Positions 19,189-29,865 of a DNA stretch of 64,000 bases are shown piece by piece. The position numbers and the translations under genes are program-made. How positions within the stretch are numbered: the stretch's first letter is position 1; every line of letters starts with the position of its first letter. The stretch spans positions 46,372 through 110,371 of IMG/VR virus record IMGVR_UViG_3300014838_000014; one strand, 5' to 3'. A model generated the notes under the pieces. It searched no databases. It was not told where the DNA came from and saw only the letters and a program-made list of their open reading frames with translations. This stretch comes from a virus.

Positions 19189-20007
19189 ATGATCCTTGCA
19201 ACGTTGGATGTACCATTTAAACGTGGTAAGTGTTTCAAGTTACAATTAGTTTTACGATGCGATCATTGTAATAAAGTCTTTTTATGTAAGAAACTCATAA
19301 AAGGTAAATTACGAAATAAATTTCATTTTTGTTCTAGAAATTGTCTTCTAACATCGATGTCAAGGGGTGGTTTGTTTCGTAAGCAAATTGGCGATTCTTC
19401 TGAGGAAAAATACGGTAGCAGAACGCCATTTCAATCATCAAAAATACTCAATCAAATAAAACAAACGCTCGAACGAAAATACGGTGTTTCTAACGCATAT
19501 CAAATTAAAGAAATTAAACAAAAAGCAATTAATTCGCTTTTAAACAATTGGGGCGCACCGACATTCATGCAATCAGCGAGATTTAAACAACTCATTAAAA
19601 CTCATGCAATTCAAATAAAACGTCATGAAACGATGAAAAGAAACGCTTCGTATGGAAAGTCTAGGTTAGAGGATCAATTTTATGAGTTGTTGTGTTGTTC
19701 GTTCGGTGAATGTAACGTTGTTAGACAGGTCGCCGTGAATCATCGTGCAATTGATTTTTACGTAAAAAGCAATGATTGTTACATCCAGTTTGATGGAAAA
19801 TACTGGCACGGGTTAAGCGAATGTTATCGTGCAGATAAAGATGAACCAAAAACCCATCGCGAACAATATATGAAGTACATTTATGAGATTGATCGTTGTC
19901 AGGATGAATGGTTTAAAGCAAACAATATGTGCCTAATTAGAGTTACAGATGTGGAGTTCAAAACGATGGGTACAAACGTATTGACAAAGATTGGACTGCA
20001 AAAATGA
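19189..20007 (+). mobile_element. Free-standing putative homing endonuclease (Zn finger + Vsr/DUF559-like nuclease)
   Basis: CDHC..FCSRNC; KYG repeats; S.LE...IDFY...IQFDGKYWHG; AT-rich insert. Confidence 0.7.
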
Positions 20008-20657
20008 AGCTTCGCATCGCTGAGGTTCGCACGATCCTGCGCGAGGCTCGTCTAGGAAAGATTCATACGTTCAGTCGTCTGCTAAACGAGGATGGCGAGG
20101 GTGACTCGCAGTCGCACGTTGAGGGGGCATCAGGTGAATCGCTAGACGCTCAGGTGGACAAGTACCTTGTGGAATACGAAAGCGATGCAAAGAAGAGCAG
20201 CGATGAAACCGGTGGGCCCCTGAGCACCGATCAGATGGAGAGCATCGATTGGCGTGACCTCATCAGAGGCGTGATCACAGAGGCGGGCGAACCTGATAAG
20301 GATGATGCAACCGATCCCGATGATGCTGCTCCGGGCGCAGCTGAACTTACGAACGATGACTCAGGTTCGTTTGGTCTCGATCACATTGACGTTGAGAAGT
20401 TTGCCAACGACGTTGTCAGGTTGGTCGATAACTACGATAGCTTGCTTGAGGTTCGTAACACGATCGTTCGTCGAGCAAAGGCATTCATCAAAAAGAACTA
20501 TGACAAAGAGGTTCAGACATCGTTCGATGATGTGCTTCGAGATGACCATGGGATAGAACCAGGTTACGATAAGGGTCAACTAGATGCCGAAAAGTACCCT
20601 GCACCCGTTGCTGACCGAGCAAACGGTAACGCTGAATCAAGCGGCGGGGGCATGTGA
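20004..20657 (+). CDS. Acidic hypothetical protein with leader motif
   Basis: MKLRIAEVRTILREA; SLDAQVDKYL; DVEKFANDVVRL. Confidence 0.7.
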   Translation: MKLRIAEVRTILREARLGKIHTFSRLLNEDGEGDSQSHVEGASGESLDAQVDKYLVEYESDAKKSSDETGGPLSTDQMESIDWRDLIRGVITEAGEPDKDDATDPDDAAPGAAELTNDDSGSFGLDHIDVEKFANDVVRLVDNYDSLLEVRNTIVRRAKAFIKKNYDKEVQTSFDDVLRDDHGIEPGYDKGQLDAEKYPAPVADRANGNAESSGGGM

Positions 20658-20670
20658 CAGGTGGTGATGC

Positions 20671-21018
20671 ATGCTCAATCCAGGTGCTAGAACAAAGTGC
20701 ATCCACGTTAAACTCGATAGGATAACGCACAAAGAATATAAAAAGCAGCTTCTTGAGCTTGATTCAACGATGCAGGAAGCGTTTGAAATCTTTGCTAGGT
20801 CCCTGGCCAACGGATCGTTGTCGGCGATCAACATCGTCAGAAAGGGACAGCGCGACATGCTTTTGAGCATTCTCAACGACGTTGGATTGTCGCCGCAATA
20901 CATCGGTCGTGATGAGGTGAAACCACGTAGACCGTTTCTTGATAAAATTGACAGCGATAGGATGTACGATCTCATTGGAGAGTACGATAGCAAGGATGGT
21001 GATGGTGATGCACCCTGA
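20671..21018 (+). CDS. Hypothetical, possible ribbon-helix-helix DNA-binding protein
   Basis: KCIHVKL...HKEYK......STMQEAFE pattern. Confidence 0.45.
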   Translation: MLNPGARTKCIHVKLDRITHKEYKKQLLELDSTMQEAFEIFARSLANGSLSAINIVRKGQRDMLLSILNDVGLSPQYIGRDEVKPRRPFLDKIDSDRMYDLIGEYDSKDGDGDAP

Positions 21019-21331
21019 TAACATCGTTAACGTGTTGATCGACAAGTTCATTGAAACATCGAAACCCATAAAGGAATTAGCAAAGTCTATAGTAACGTGC
21101 GTTGATGAAACAAAGAAGTTGATGTCAACGATTGTTATGCTTGTCAATACGCAACAAGTGCACAATCAAATGATCGCTATGTTGTTCAACAACCAAAAAG
21201 AAATCGTTAAAAAGCTATCTGAGGGCGCAATTGATATGTCAATGCCTCTGCCAAAGTTAAACGACGATGATCACGTGAACGAGGATGATGCTAGCAAGGC
21301 AAGAAAGCTGGCGGAATCGAAACCTAACTAA
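21008..21331 (+). CDS. Hypothetical protein
   Basis: Coupled ORF in operon. Confidence 0.55.
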   Translation: MHPDNIVNVLIDKFIETSKPIKELAKSIVTCVDETKKLMSTIVMLVNTQQVHNQMIAMLFNNQKEIVKKLSEGAIDMSMPLPKLNDDDHVNEDDASKARKLAESKPN

Positions 21332-21750
21332 TGAGCTCGGGATCATATACTAACGTTGCATTTGCCGTTGTCGATGCGTTTTTCAAAAAGAACTGGAGAT
21401 CTGCGCTTCTCACGGTCGTCGTTGCCGTTGCAGGTGCGTGGTTCAATCACACGCAGGCATTGAATGCTGAAACGATCGTTGACATGAATAAATCTCACCA
21501 AGCAGAGATCGATCAAATCAATAAGGCTCGCGGTGACGAGGAAGCCCAATACGAAAACGAATTGAAGAATTATCAACAACGATTGGTCTCAATACAACAA
21601 GAGTACGATGTTGCTGTGCAACAATTGCAGAAGCAAGAAACGACTGAACGAACTGACATCGTGAAGAAGTATGGTAAGGATGCAGACGGTCTCACAACGT
21701 TGCTTGCAAACAAGCTGGGGTTTGTTATAGTCACTCAGGTAAACAAGTGA
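21331..21750 (+). CDS. Membrane-anchored coiled-coil protein (i-spanin-like)
   Basis: N-terminal TM then coiled coil. Confidence 0.5.
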   Translation: MSSGSYTNVAFAVVDAFFKKNWRSALLTVVVAVAGAWFNHTQALNAETIVDMNKSHQAEIDQINKARGDEEAQYENELKNYQQRLVSIQQEYDVAVQQLQKQETTERTDIVKKYGKDADGLTTLLANKLGFVIVTQVNK

Positions 21751-22241
21751 TGCGATTTAAGATAACTTCCGCGTTTGTTGCAACGATGTTGATTTGTTCT
21801 GCAACTGTTTTAGCATTTGCAGATGACAACGAAGAGTTTGCATCATCAAAACCGAACGTTCAGGTACAAACGATTCCAACGATTGCGCCCCTTAATAAGG
21901 ATCAGCCAGCGCCGTTCTTGGGCGTCTTGTTATCACCTGAAGCGGTCGCAAAGATCGTTGCCGACAAGGACGTGCAGGCAAACGCAACGCAGCTCACTCT
22001 ACAACATCAAGTTGATTTAGACAAAGCTAACGTTGATTTTCAATTATCACAGCTTAAAACGACGTGTTCAACGGATAAAAGCATCATTCAAGCGCAGTTG
22101 ACTGATTCTCAGAAGCAAAACGCAATCCTGATGAAGCAATTGGAGAACGTTACCGGTGGTATCAGCGCGCCGGTGTGGATTGGAATCGGAATTGTTGGTG
22201 GAATCGTTTCAACGTTGGTGATCGGCGCCATCGTCAAGTAA
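21747..22241 (+). CDS. Signal-peptide coiled-coil protein with C-terminal TM (spanin-partner-like)
   Basis: Signal peptide; QPAPFLGVLLSPEA; C-terminal hydrophobic segment. Confidence 0.5.
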   Translation: MMRFKITSAFVATMLICSATVLAFADDNEEFASSKPNVQVQTIPTIAPLNKDQPAPFLGVLLSPEAVAKIVADKDVQANATQLTLQHQVDLDKANVDFQLSQLKTTCSTDKSIIQAQLTDSQKQNAILMKQLENVTGGISAPVWIGIGIVGGIVSTLVIGAIVK

Positions 22242-22285
22242 GCTACGATGCAACCACCTAATTAACAGGTGCAGCGAGCGTATAA

Positions 22286-23473
22286 ATGACAGTGATCATC
22301 ACCAATGAAAGTGCCGTTCGAGACATCGTTCGTGAGGCTTTAAACGGCACTGGTTGGAGCAATGAGACCGCGGGTGACGCTAAAATCAATCCCGTCGTTG
22401 ATCCTTCGTGTGCAGCGACAGATCCCATAAACCCGAACTTTACGCCTCAATCAAAGACTGAGTTCGGCGTTGCGATGGGTCAAATGGTAAAGAACCTGCC
22501 CGACAGCGACATGCCGGCGATCTATTCGTTGGTCAAGAAAGCGTTGGATCGTCGAACTGAAAAAGAAGAGATCGATGATGCACAGAAGCAAGCAATGCTC
22601 GCCGGTAACCAAGAAGCGATAGATGATGCCGAAAAGAACGGCAAAAAGAACAACGAGGGAAAGATGTCGACGAGAAGGAACATTGAAGAAGCAATTCGTG
22701 TGCAGATTCGCAGCGAGCTAGCGAAGATGGGTTTGATCGTCGAAGCGCTGGTTGATCCCGCCGATGCAATTGCTGACGAGGATCCTGAGGAACAACCCAG
22801 ATCCGTTGGTGCTCATAAATCCACGGCAATTGGCAATATGTCAGACGTTGGTGGAGCATCATTCGAACAGATTGCCCACGAGCTCGGATTCAGCGTTGCA
22901 GGAGCAAAGCAGGCCGTTGACAAGGCGCTGCTCAAGGCGCAGTACCTCAATTCAATGGACGAAGACGATGCTGAAAACATGGTCCTCGGCGCGATGAACG
23001 ATTACATCAAGATGCTATCACAAGGAATTGGCGTTGAGGATGATGAGGAACCGTTGACCGCTGCTGACGTTCAGCTCATGAAGGATCACCCCGACATAGT
23101 GATCGAGCTCGACGGTTTTCGTGAATTCCTTCACAACTACGTAAAACGTGAGATGAAGATCGATAACGCTGAACTTGGTGATGAAGCTCCTCCTCAAGTC
23201 AAGGTTCCAGTAGCAAGCGTTCCTAAGCCCGCGGCACCTGCTGGCGCCGTTCCGAGTACATTGCCTCAGCAACGTGGTCAGAAAGGTTCGTACAAAATCT
23301 ACGGTCGTAAGAGCGGTCGACCTGCTCACACTCGTCTAAAGGGTCAGGCGTATGGTGCTCCTGATAACACGCGGTTCAAGCCAGGTGAAACCGCAGCAAT
23401 ATCGCCTGATAACGGAAAGCTACGAGTCACCGCTGACGATCGCGATCAGCTGTGGGAACCGGTCGACGGTTAA
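22286..23473 (+). CDS. Hypothetical protein with leader motif, HTH-like segment and C-terminal domain shared with the J-domain protein
   Basis: SFEQIAHELGFSVAGAKQAVDKAL; YKIY..HTRLKGQAY..W.PV. Confidence 0.7.
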   Translation: MTVIITNESAVRDIVREALNGTGWSNETAGDAKINPVVDPSCAATDPINPNFTPQSKTEFGVAMGQMVKNLPDSDMPAIYSLVKKALDRRTEKEEIDDAQKQAMLAGNQEAIDDAEKNGKKNNEGKMSTRRNIEEAIRVQIRSELAKMGLIVEALVDPADAIADEDPEEQPRSVGAHKSTAIGNMSDVGGASFEQIAHELGFSVAGAKQAVDKALLKAQYLNSMDEDDAENMVLGAMNDYIKMLSQGIGVEDDEEPLTAADVQLMKDHPDIVIELDGFREFLHNYVKREMKIDNAELGDEAPPQVKVPVASVPKPAAPAGAVPSTLPQQRGQKGSYKIYGRKSGRPAHTRLKGQAYGAPDNTRFKPGETAAISPDNGKLRVTADDRDQLWEPVDG

Positions 23474-23500
23474 CGTTCGTGTTAGCGTGAACGATACTTA

Positions 23501-24055
23501 ATGAGCACAACAATGAAAACAGTTCCACTGACAAGCAAGCTGCTTCGTAAGATGATCATACAGGAAATTCGTAAGGCAGGCGTTGCAACCGAAGCCTACG
23601 AGCCTGGCGATGAAATTTCATCGTACAGAGCATGGCGAAACGACAAACCCAAGAAAACAGCGACAACGTCTTCGTCGTCAACCGGCGAAGACAAGCGAAC
23701 GAAGGCAAAGGGTATCGTCTCCGGAAATGATATTCAGATCGTTGGTCTTGATGAGGACGATCTGGTGGTTGATGAATCCGACGATCAGGACGACATGGAT
23801 GAGGCTTCGAAGCGTACAGGTGGTTTGCTCAACGAAGGCGTCGCGGTCGTCATGCAGGACACTCGTGGGCCGTATGTGATCGCTGACGGCGTCGAGGCGA
23901 GACCGTTGAATCCGAATAGAACGCAATACACCGTTGGACGTAAAGTTCGAGTCAACAACTACGGTCGCAAGGGCGAATTCATCGTCGAAATGCCGAACGG
24001 GGAGAGATGGAGCAACGCCGTCAAATCGACAAAGCGTTCCACGAAGAAACGGTGA
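23501..24055 (+). CDS. Hypothetical protein with leader motif
   Basis: LTSKLLRKMIIQEI; ATACTTA upstream. Confidence 0.65.
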   Translation: MSTTMKTVPLTSKLLRKMIIQEIRKAGVATEAYEPGDEISSYRAWRNDKPKKTATTSSSSTGEDKRTKAKGIVSGNDIQIVGLDEDDLVVDESDDQDDMDEASKRTGGLLNEGVAVVMQDTRGPYVIADGVEARPLNPNRTQYTVGRKVRVNNYGRKGEFIVEMPNGERWSNAVKSTKRSTKKR

Positions 24056-24059
24056 ACAG

Positions 24060-24836
24060 ATGATCGCTAACGCAACGTTTGTGCCGAACACGCAGGTCGT
24101 TGCGGCCGTTCAATTCAATCCTAAGTTGTTGCAACCTCGTGAAAACATTGAGGTTGCAAAGCAACTAACGTACGAAGCCGCGGCTAAAGGTGCGAAATTG
24201 ATCGTGCTACCAGAGGTGTGCATCGGTGGTTACGTTCTTAGATCGCTTCACGAAGCGTTCTTGGTGTGTCAACAGAAGGATGGTTGGCAATCGCAGGAGT
24301 TCGTTCCCATTGCTCGAGAGTTCAATGCGCACATCGTGTTTGGATACACTGAAATAAGCGAAGGAAAGTTCTACAATTCTGCCGCGATGATCGGTCCAAA
24401 TGGGCTTGTCAACAACTGGCAAAAACACAACCTTTTTGGAAGCGATAACGTCATCTATCAACCAAGCGAACAGGTTCCGCCCATTGCAATAACGTCCGCT
24501 GGTCGAGTTGGAGTGTTGATCTGTAGAGACATTGGAAATCGTTTTCGTGAAAGCTACGTATTTCACAATCCACAACAAAGATTCTATAAAAAGGGACAAT
24601 GCGACGTAATATGCTGTCCCACTGCCTGGGGTAGCGCTTTTGGTTTTCCTGACAGCTCGTGGGTGGAGCTTGTTGAGGAAACGCGTTCTAACGTGATCGT
24701 TTCAAACCGAGTCGGTAAAGAAAGAGACATGAAATATAAGGGTGGATCGGCCATCATTGATCGTGATCGCCGCATTTGGACCAATGGTTCTAGCTTCACT
24801 GAAGCATGCGTTGTTGGTGGAATAGTGGTGATTTGA
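24060..24836 (+). CDS. Carbon-nitrogen hydrolase (nitrilase family)
   Basis: AAVQF, LIVLPE, FYNSA, QKHNLF, GVLICRD, SNRVG: Glu-Lys-Cys triad. Confidence 0.88.
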   Translation: MIANATFVPNTQVVAAVQFNPKLLQPRENIEVAKQLTYEAAAKGAKLIVLPEVCIGGYVLRSLHEAFLVCQQKDGWQSQEFVPIAREFNAHIVFGYTEISEGKFYNSAAMIGPNGLVNNWQKHNLFGSDNVIYQPSEQVPPIAITSAGRVGVLICRDIGNRFRESYVFHNPQQRFYKKGQCDVICCPTAWGSAFGFPDSSWVELVEETRSNVIVSNRVGKERDMKYKGGSAIIDRDRRIWTNGSSFTEACVVGGIVVI

Positions 24837-25249
24837 TGGCGAACGGAAGATTGTACAAGCTTCACGAGGATTTCATTGAACGTTCGCAGAGGAATATGGA
24901 GTTCGGAAAGCTACCCATAGATTCATTGTCTCCCGAACTTCCCATCGTTCCAATGGAGCGATGGCGCGAGCACGAAGGCGCTTTACACAAGGTTTACATG
25001 TTTCGTGAGCAAGAACACCGTAACCTATTCGTCAATTCTCTGCTTGAATATGAACTTCGCACGCATCACGTTGCAACGTTGATTGTGAAATATAATGAAG
25101 TCAATGTTTCTACGCAAACGCAGAACATCGAACGTGTCACTGATATCGATAAAGAATACGCTGCGTACTGTGACGTTCTTTACAAGGACATCGTTCGTCG
25201 TCCACGCATCGTTGGTTCATCATCTGATGAAACATCGTTCAACTCGTGA
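24836..25249 (+). CDS. Pterin-4a-carbinolamine dehydratase-like protein
   Basis: W...L.K.Y.F...FV......HH.......V...T....VTDID. Confidence 0.65.
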   Translation: MANGRLYKLHEDFIERSQRNMEFGKLPIDSLSPELPIVPMERWREHEGALHKVYMFREQEHRNLFVNSLLEYELRTHHVATLIVKYNEVNVSTQTQNIERVTDIDKEYAAYCDVLYKDIVRRPRIVGSSSDETSFNS

Positions 25250-25252
25250 CGT

Positions 25253-25681
25253 ATGATTCAACGTATGATCGTCAAACCAAAGAACACAGTTCCGAACGTT
25301 CTCATCAGTTCATCGTTGAAGGATCAATTGAGCGACGAAATTACCAACGAGGCGTTCGATCAATCTAACGTGTATAATAATTCAATCACCGTTGTTTTGA
25401 ATTTAAGTTTTGGTTCAACACCAAACGTTATGGTTGGAATGTTGAGGTCTGTTTTATTCGATTTTGAACCTGAAATAGACGTACGAATGCAAGCTGCTGA
25501 TGCGTTTGGAATCGTTTCTGCAAACAACGTTAGCGTTCTTGGAATTGAAATTCACCGTGGGGAAAACGTCGTTACATTGGGACAGGGACCGTTTGTGATT
25601 AAGTGTGCACGCATAGATGAAATTTCGATCGCCGACGGTCTATGCACCTTGTCACTTGGGTTAAAGCGACACCCGAGGTAA
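25253..25681 (+). CDS. Hypothetical protein
   Basis: ORF in operon. Confidence 0.6.
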   Translation: MIQRMIVKPKNTVPNVLISSSLKDQLSDEITNEAFDQSNVYNNSITVVLNLSFGSTPNVMVGMLRSVLFDFEPEIDVRMQAADAFGIVSANNVSVLGIEIHRGENVVTLGQGPFVIKCARIDEISIADGLCTLSLGLKRHPR

Positions 25682-25704
25682 CGTGTTACATAGTTACTAG
25701 CATC

Positions 25705-26343
25705 ATGCGCAAACACGTTAAAGAAGCAGTGTCTCCGAGGATCGATGATGAATCGCCAAAAGAGATGATGGAAGAGATGAGCTTTAGCTGTGATACCTGT
25801 CACGGTACAGGCATTGAGGAGGTGTGGGACGATGTCGGTGATGAGTACATCGATCGCAACTGCTCAGTGTGTGCTGGCAGCGGGCAAGTCGTGGGAAACG
25901 ATGAAGAAACGTGCGATGGTTGTGGTTCAAGGTTGAATGAGCCTCACTATTCAGGGTGCGATTTTGCCGGTGTCACCGAAGCAGTTGAAGTGATCGACGT
26001 CATGGTTCCAGTAGCAGACAACGTTGATGATGTTGTTGCTTGTGCCGATGGACTGCCTGAGGATGAAACAACGTACGACGATGTTTGTCCGTGCTGCGGC
26101 GAATGGTGGAACGGCGTGCGTTGCGATGCATGCGATAAAGCTGAATTTGAATCATGCGCTGATCTTGAAGCACCCATTCACGTTGAGTGCAATGATTTTG
26201 ATAAATTCATGGACAGAACGCTGATTGATGAAGGCAGAAAGGTTATGGTCTCTTGCGAGGAGAACAATCCTCAACGTCGACTCGCAGCGCGGTATCAGGA
26301 TCGACCGTTGAACAAGATTCGCATTGGAAAGAGGGTGCTGTGA
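25705..26343 (+). CDS. Cys-rich zinc-finger protein
   Basis: CDTCHGTG, CSVCAGSG (DnaJ-type CxxCxGxG) plus further CxxC pairs. Confidence 0.65.
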   Translation: MRKHVKEAVSPRIDDESPKEMMEEMSFSCDTCHGTGIEEVWDDVGDEYIDRNCSVCAGSGQVVGNDEETCDGCGSRLNEPHYSGCDFAGVTEAVEVIDVMVPVADNVDDVVACADGLPEDETTYDDVCPCCGEWWNGVRCDACDKAEFESCADLEAPIHVECNDFDKFMDRTLIDEGRKVMVSCEENNPQRRLAARYQDRPLNKIRIGKRVL

Positions 26344-27029
26344 TGGTCGACGACGTTGCAAAGATTGGCGACGGTAGAACGTTGCGAGCATTCATTGATC
26401 ACGTTGTCATAGAAGGTCACAAGAGTGCGTTGGCTCGCAAAGCGTTGACAGAAAAAGAGAAACAAACGAAGACAGCGAACGCTGTCAACGGAAGTTCTTC
26501 TGGCGACGATGACGGCGACGATGGCGTAGATGATCTGTTCGGTTCGTCGAATGATGATTCTGGGGATGATGAAAGCAACAAAGATGATGAAAATAAATCA
26601 TCGAAGACGATGGACGATGAGCAGGAGAAGCTCAAAAACGGCAACGTTGAACCTAAAGACATCATTGAAAAGTTGAATTCAATAAGAAGCGGTAAATCGT
26701 TCAAAGATAGCGCAATTTCGAAGTCCATGGATGATTGGGTTGGCAGCCTTTCGAGGTCAGAAAAGGTCGCGCTTCTTGCGTTTCTCAAGGGAATAGCATC
26801 GATCGTCACGGGTGAGGTGCCAGGCGATAAGGCCGATGAACCAAGCAAACACCCGTCAGACATTAAAATGGACAAGACGAACGTGCCACACACGGCCCAC
26901 AAGAAGCCCAACGTGATCACCGGTCCGGAGACAAGGAATCATTCAGGTCCTCACAAGAAGTCACACCACGGCGACGAGGAGGACACGAGCGGTCCGATTC
27001 AAGCACCCATCACGGCGAAGAAACGCTGA
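26343..27029 (+). CDS. Acidic hypothetical protein
   Basis: IIEKLNSIRSGKSFKD core with low-complexity flanks. Confidence 0.65.
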   Translation: MVDDVAKIGDGRTLRAFIDHVVIEGHKSALARKALTEKEKQTKTANAVNGSSSGDDDGDDGVDDLFGSSNDDSGDDESNKDDENKSSKTMDDEQEKLKNGNVEPKDIIEKLNSIRSGKSFKDSAISKSMDDWVGSLSRSEKVALLAFLKGIASIVTGEVPGDKADEPSKHPSDIKMDKTNVPHTAHKKPNVITGPETRNHSGPHKKSHHGDEEDTSGPIQAPITAKKR

Positions 27030-27071
27030 TCACCGATTGTACACGTTCTATGAACGGTTTACGTTTACACC

Positions 27072-27362
27072 ATGAGCAGCGATCAGTTCGTTGAGACACG
27101 CTTCATTCCTCTTCCACAGGGTGGTGATCTTGAGGTGCAGATGTCGCAGCAGTTCATCGATCGTGTTAAGCAACACTACGGATTAAAAGCTGATCAAACG
27201 CTTGATGATGATCACGTTCGGATGTACGTATGGGGAGCGGCGACGAACGCTGTTGACAAGGCTGAACGCAATGCAGGAGAACAAAGAAACGTTGTTGCTG
27301 GTGAAGGAACTGATGCAGCTCCTGGTGAAAGAGGAACTCAACGAAGCAAAAAGGGTTCGTGA
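27072..27362 (+). CDS. Hypothetical protein (likely leaderless)
   Basis: TTGTAC-N17-TACGTT ends 6 nt before ATG. Confidence 0.6.
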   Translation: MSSDQFVETRFIPLPQGGDLEVQMSQQFIDRVKQHYGLKADQTLDDDHVRMYVWGAATNAVDKAERNAGEQRNVVAGEGTDAAPGERGTQRSKKGS

Positions 27363-27567
27363 GGCTGACATCAGCGACGGCTCGCGCGTTCCACGTGGAT
27401 CTAGCAAACACGTTCGTGACCTTGAATCGAGGATCGAATCCTTGGTGATGTGGCGTGATAGGTGCAAGCGAGGATCAGAGCAACGAGCGAATTATAGTAG
27501 GCTCGTTTCGCGGTTGAAGGCTGAATTAGCATCAGCTAAACACGTTGCTGAAAAGAAACGTTCGTAA
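27271..27567 (+). CDS. Hypothetical protein with leader motif
   Basis: LMQLLVKEELNEA; overlaps previous ORF. Confidence 0.55.
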   Translation: MQENKETLLLVKELMQLLVKEELNEAKRVREADISDGSRVPRGSSKHVRDLESRIESLVMWRDRCKRGSEQRANYSRLVSRLKAELASAKHVAEKKRS

Positions 27568-27592
27568 ACAATTAAACGATTGGAGAATTACG

Positions 27593-28846
27593 ATGTCCGG
27601 TGCGGCTGGTCACATAAAGCACCTGCACGAGGACCTGACGCTTACGTTTGGTGATATTAAGAAAATTCTCACCGATTTAGCGAATGGTCAAAACGACAGC
27701 GTTGTTGAGAAGGTCGATGGTATTAACCTCGTCTTTACGTACGATCGAACGGGTTTGCACGTTGCTCGTTCGAGTGGCAATATTGAAAGGGGTGGAATGA
27801 ACGCGTTGCAGTTGGCCGAGAAGTTCTACGGGCGGCACGGGCTTGAGGACGTTTTCAACGAAGCGTTCAACGTGTTGAACGCCGCGATCGAATCGCTTTC
27901 AAACGTTGATCGATCAATAATCTTCGAGGATGGTGAATTGTGGTACTCAATCGAAATCATCACCACGTTTAATCCAAACGTTATTAACTACGATCAGAAC
28001 GCGATCGTGTTTCATGAATCGCCCGTGTTCGACATGCCAGCCGCTGGTTGCGCCGCTCAACACGTTAGCCACCGCGTTGGTTTCAACGCTGTGCAACAGG
28101 TTGGTTATCGCATTGGTTTCAACGAATTGATCAAAAACGTTGCCGTAATGCAACGTGGTGTAGACCGTGGAACGATCAACGATCATCATTGGAAACTGTT
28201 CGGTCCAACAAGGTTCAGAACGAACGTTGATAAATCAGTTCTCAAACTCACGGTTCGGTGGATTGATGAGTTGCGGGTCGACGCGGAGTGTGAAGATCAC
28301 AGCACGTTGTTTGATTACCTTCGATCGATGTTCACTGCTTGCATTGCTCATCACGCGATCAGTCAGTGTCGGCCATATGTTCTCAATGCGATCATTGACA
28401 GGTGTTGTAAGGTTCCGAACGCTCCAACAGTCAATGAAATCAAGCGAATGATCAAAAGCAGCAAAGTCAAGATAGACGTACAATCGTTCGTTAGAGACAG
28501 CGAAATGTTGCGCATAAAGTACATGGAGCCATTTGTTGCAGCGTTTCAGAGCTTTGGCGCATCGTTGTTGAATAATACTCGATCGCGGTTCGTTGCAGAT
28601 CACGTTGCCGCGATCAATCTCATACGTTCGAACGTTAAAAGAACGCTTAAAGAGATCGATGTCCATCCCGACGGCGATGTTGCTAGCGTTGCAACGGTTC
28701 AAATGCGTAGGTTGAAAAACGTTGACAACATTAAAACTGACGTTGAAGGCATCGTGTTTACGTACAACAACGATAGAACGTATAAACTAACGGGAACGTT
28801 CGCACCCGTCAACAGAATCCTAGGACTGTTGAGGTACGGAAGGTGA
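27593..28846 (+). CDS. Phage protein with ligase/nucleotidyltransferase-like motifs
   Basis: GAAGHIKHL.E, EKVDG, EGIVF, YKLTGTFAP.N.ILG; SD GGAG. Confidence 0.6.
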   Translation: MSGAAGHIKHLHEDLTLTFGDIKKILTDLANGQNDSVVEKVDGINLVFTYDRTGLHVARSSGNIERGGMNALQLAEKFYGRHGLEDVFNEAFNVLNAAIESLSNVDRSIIFEDGELWYSIEIITTFNPNVINYDQNAIVFHESPVFDMPAAGCAAQHVSHRVGFNAVQQVGYRIGFNELIKNVAVMQRGVDRGTINDHHWKLFGPTRFRTNVDKSVLKLTVRWIDELRVDAECEDHSTLFDYLRSMFTACIAHHAISQCRPYVLNAIIDRCCKVPNAPTVNEIKRMIKSSKVKIDVQSFVRDSEMLRIKYMEPFVAAFQSFGASLLNNTRSRFVADHVAAINLIRSNVKRTLKEIDVHPDGDVASVATVQMRRLKNVDNIKTDVEGIVFTYNNDRTYKLTGTFAPVNRILGLLRYGR

Positions 28847-29865
28847 AAAGCATTGATTTTCGCGTGGAACGCATCGTTGGTATGGCTTTAGATGATCGAT
28901 TGTTTGACATTGAACTAAAACGCATCAAAGCATACGATACGCTTGTTGAAAACCAAACAAAACTATGTGCGTGTCTCGAAAAGTCGAAGCGCAAGAACGT
29001 ATTGACAGAAACAAAGATCATCACCGTGCTCAGGAAAAGGATTGAACGGTGCATCGATAGGTTGGGCGGTCCCGTTGATCAATCGAAAAGATTCGGCCAC
29101 AAGAAAAAATCGATCGTGGAATACCCACCTGGTGAAAAGCTGGAGTTTGTTTGTCACGTGTGGCAACCATTGACAATCAGCAACGTTGAACTTCACAGAG
29201 GCATAGGTCCAGGTGAACTTGATTGGTGCATGAGCGTCGGTGGGTTGAAGGCGAAGGGCGGTTTGTTTGACGTAGCGTTACCGGGCGGTGAAAGCGTTGA
29301 GGTGAAGTTCATCGCTTCCTCGATTCGAGGTGGTCAATCAGCTCGTTATCAAGCAACGTTGCTAAGACGTGCAATCGAGAGATTGATAGGTGATGCATAT
29401 GAACTGCACAGGGTTACGAAGGATGTTCTACAAGGCGATGATCTCGAATCGTTGAACAACGCAGTGACTCGTTTGAATGACGTTGATATGGGATTGTTTT
29501 ATGAGAACCTAAGCGATTATGGCATCAACGAGGTGTATTCTGCGCTTGAGTTGCTGTGGTACATCGATTGGGACGTTCTTCCTAATCAACCGATCGACGT
29601 ACCATTCCTCAGGAAAGATCCACACGAATGGCTTAAGTGGGTTGTTGACGTGATGGATGGGTCGAAGTGTTTTAAGACTGATTACATCGTTTTGATAAGG
29701 TGCAACAACGACGGGAATGAATCCCTCATAGTTCCACGACGTGACTACTCGAGGTGCTTATCATTCGTTTCCGTGTCAAAGGGTGACGCACGTTTCAAAT
29801 ATAACTACGAACAGTCACTTAATGCTGCTTCTGAGGATGTTCCAAACGATCTCGCCACCGATTGA
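28843..29865 (+). CDS. Hypothetical protein, possible PD-(D/E)xK nuclease
   Basis: G.GPGE....FDV.....SVEVK. Confidence 0.45.
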   Translation: MKSIDFRVERIVGMALDDRLFDIELKRIKAYDTLVENQTKLCACLEKSKRKNVLTETKIITVLRKRIERCIDRLGGPVDQSKRFGHKKKSIVEYPPGEKLEFVCHVWQPLTISNVELHRGIGPGELDWCMSVGGLKAKGGLFDVALPGGESVEVKFIASSIRGGQSARYQATLLRRAIERLIGDAYELHRVTKDVLQGDDLESLNNAVTRLNDVDMGLFYENLSDYGINEVYSALELLWYIDWDVLPNQPIDVPFLRKDPHEWLKWVVDVMDGSKCFKTDYIVLIRCNNDGNESLIVPRRDYSRCLSFVSVSKGDARFKYNYEQSLNAASEDVPNDLATD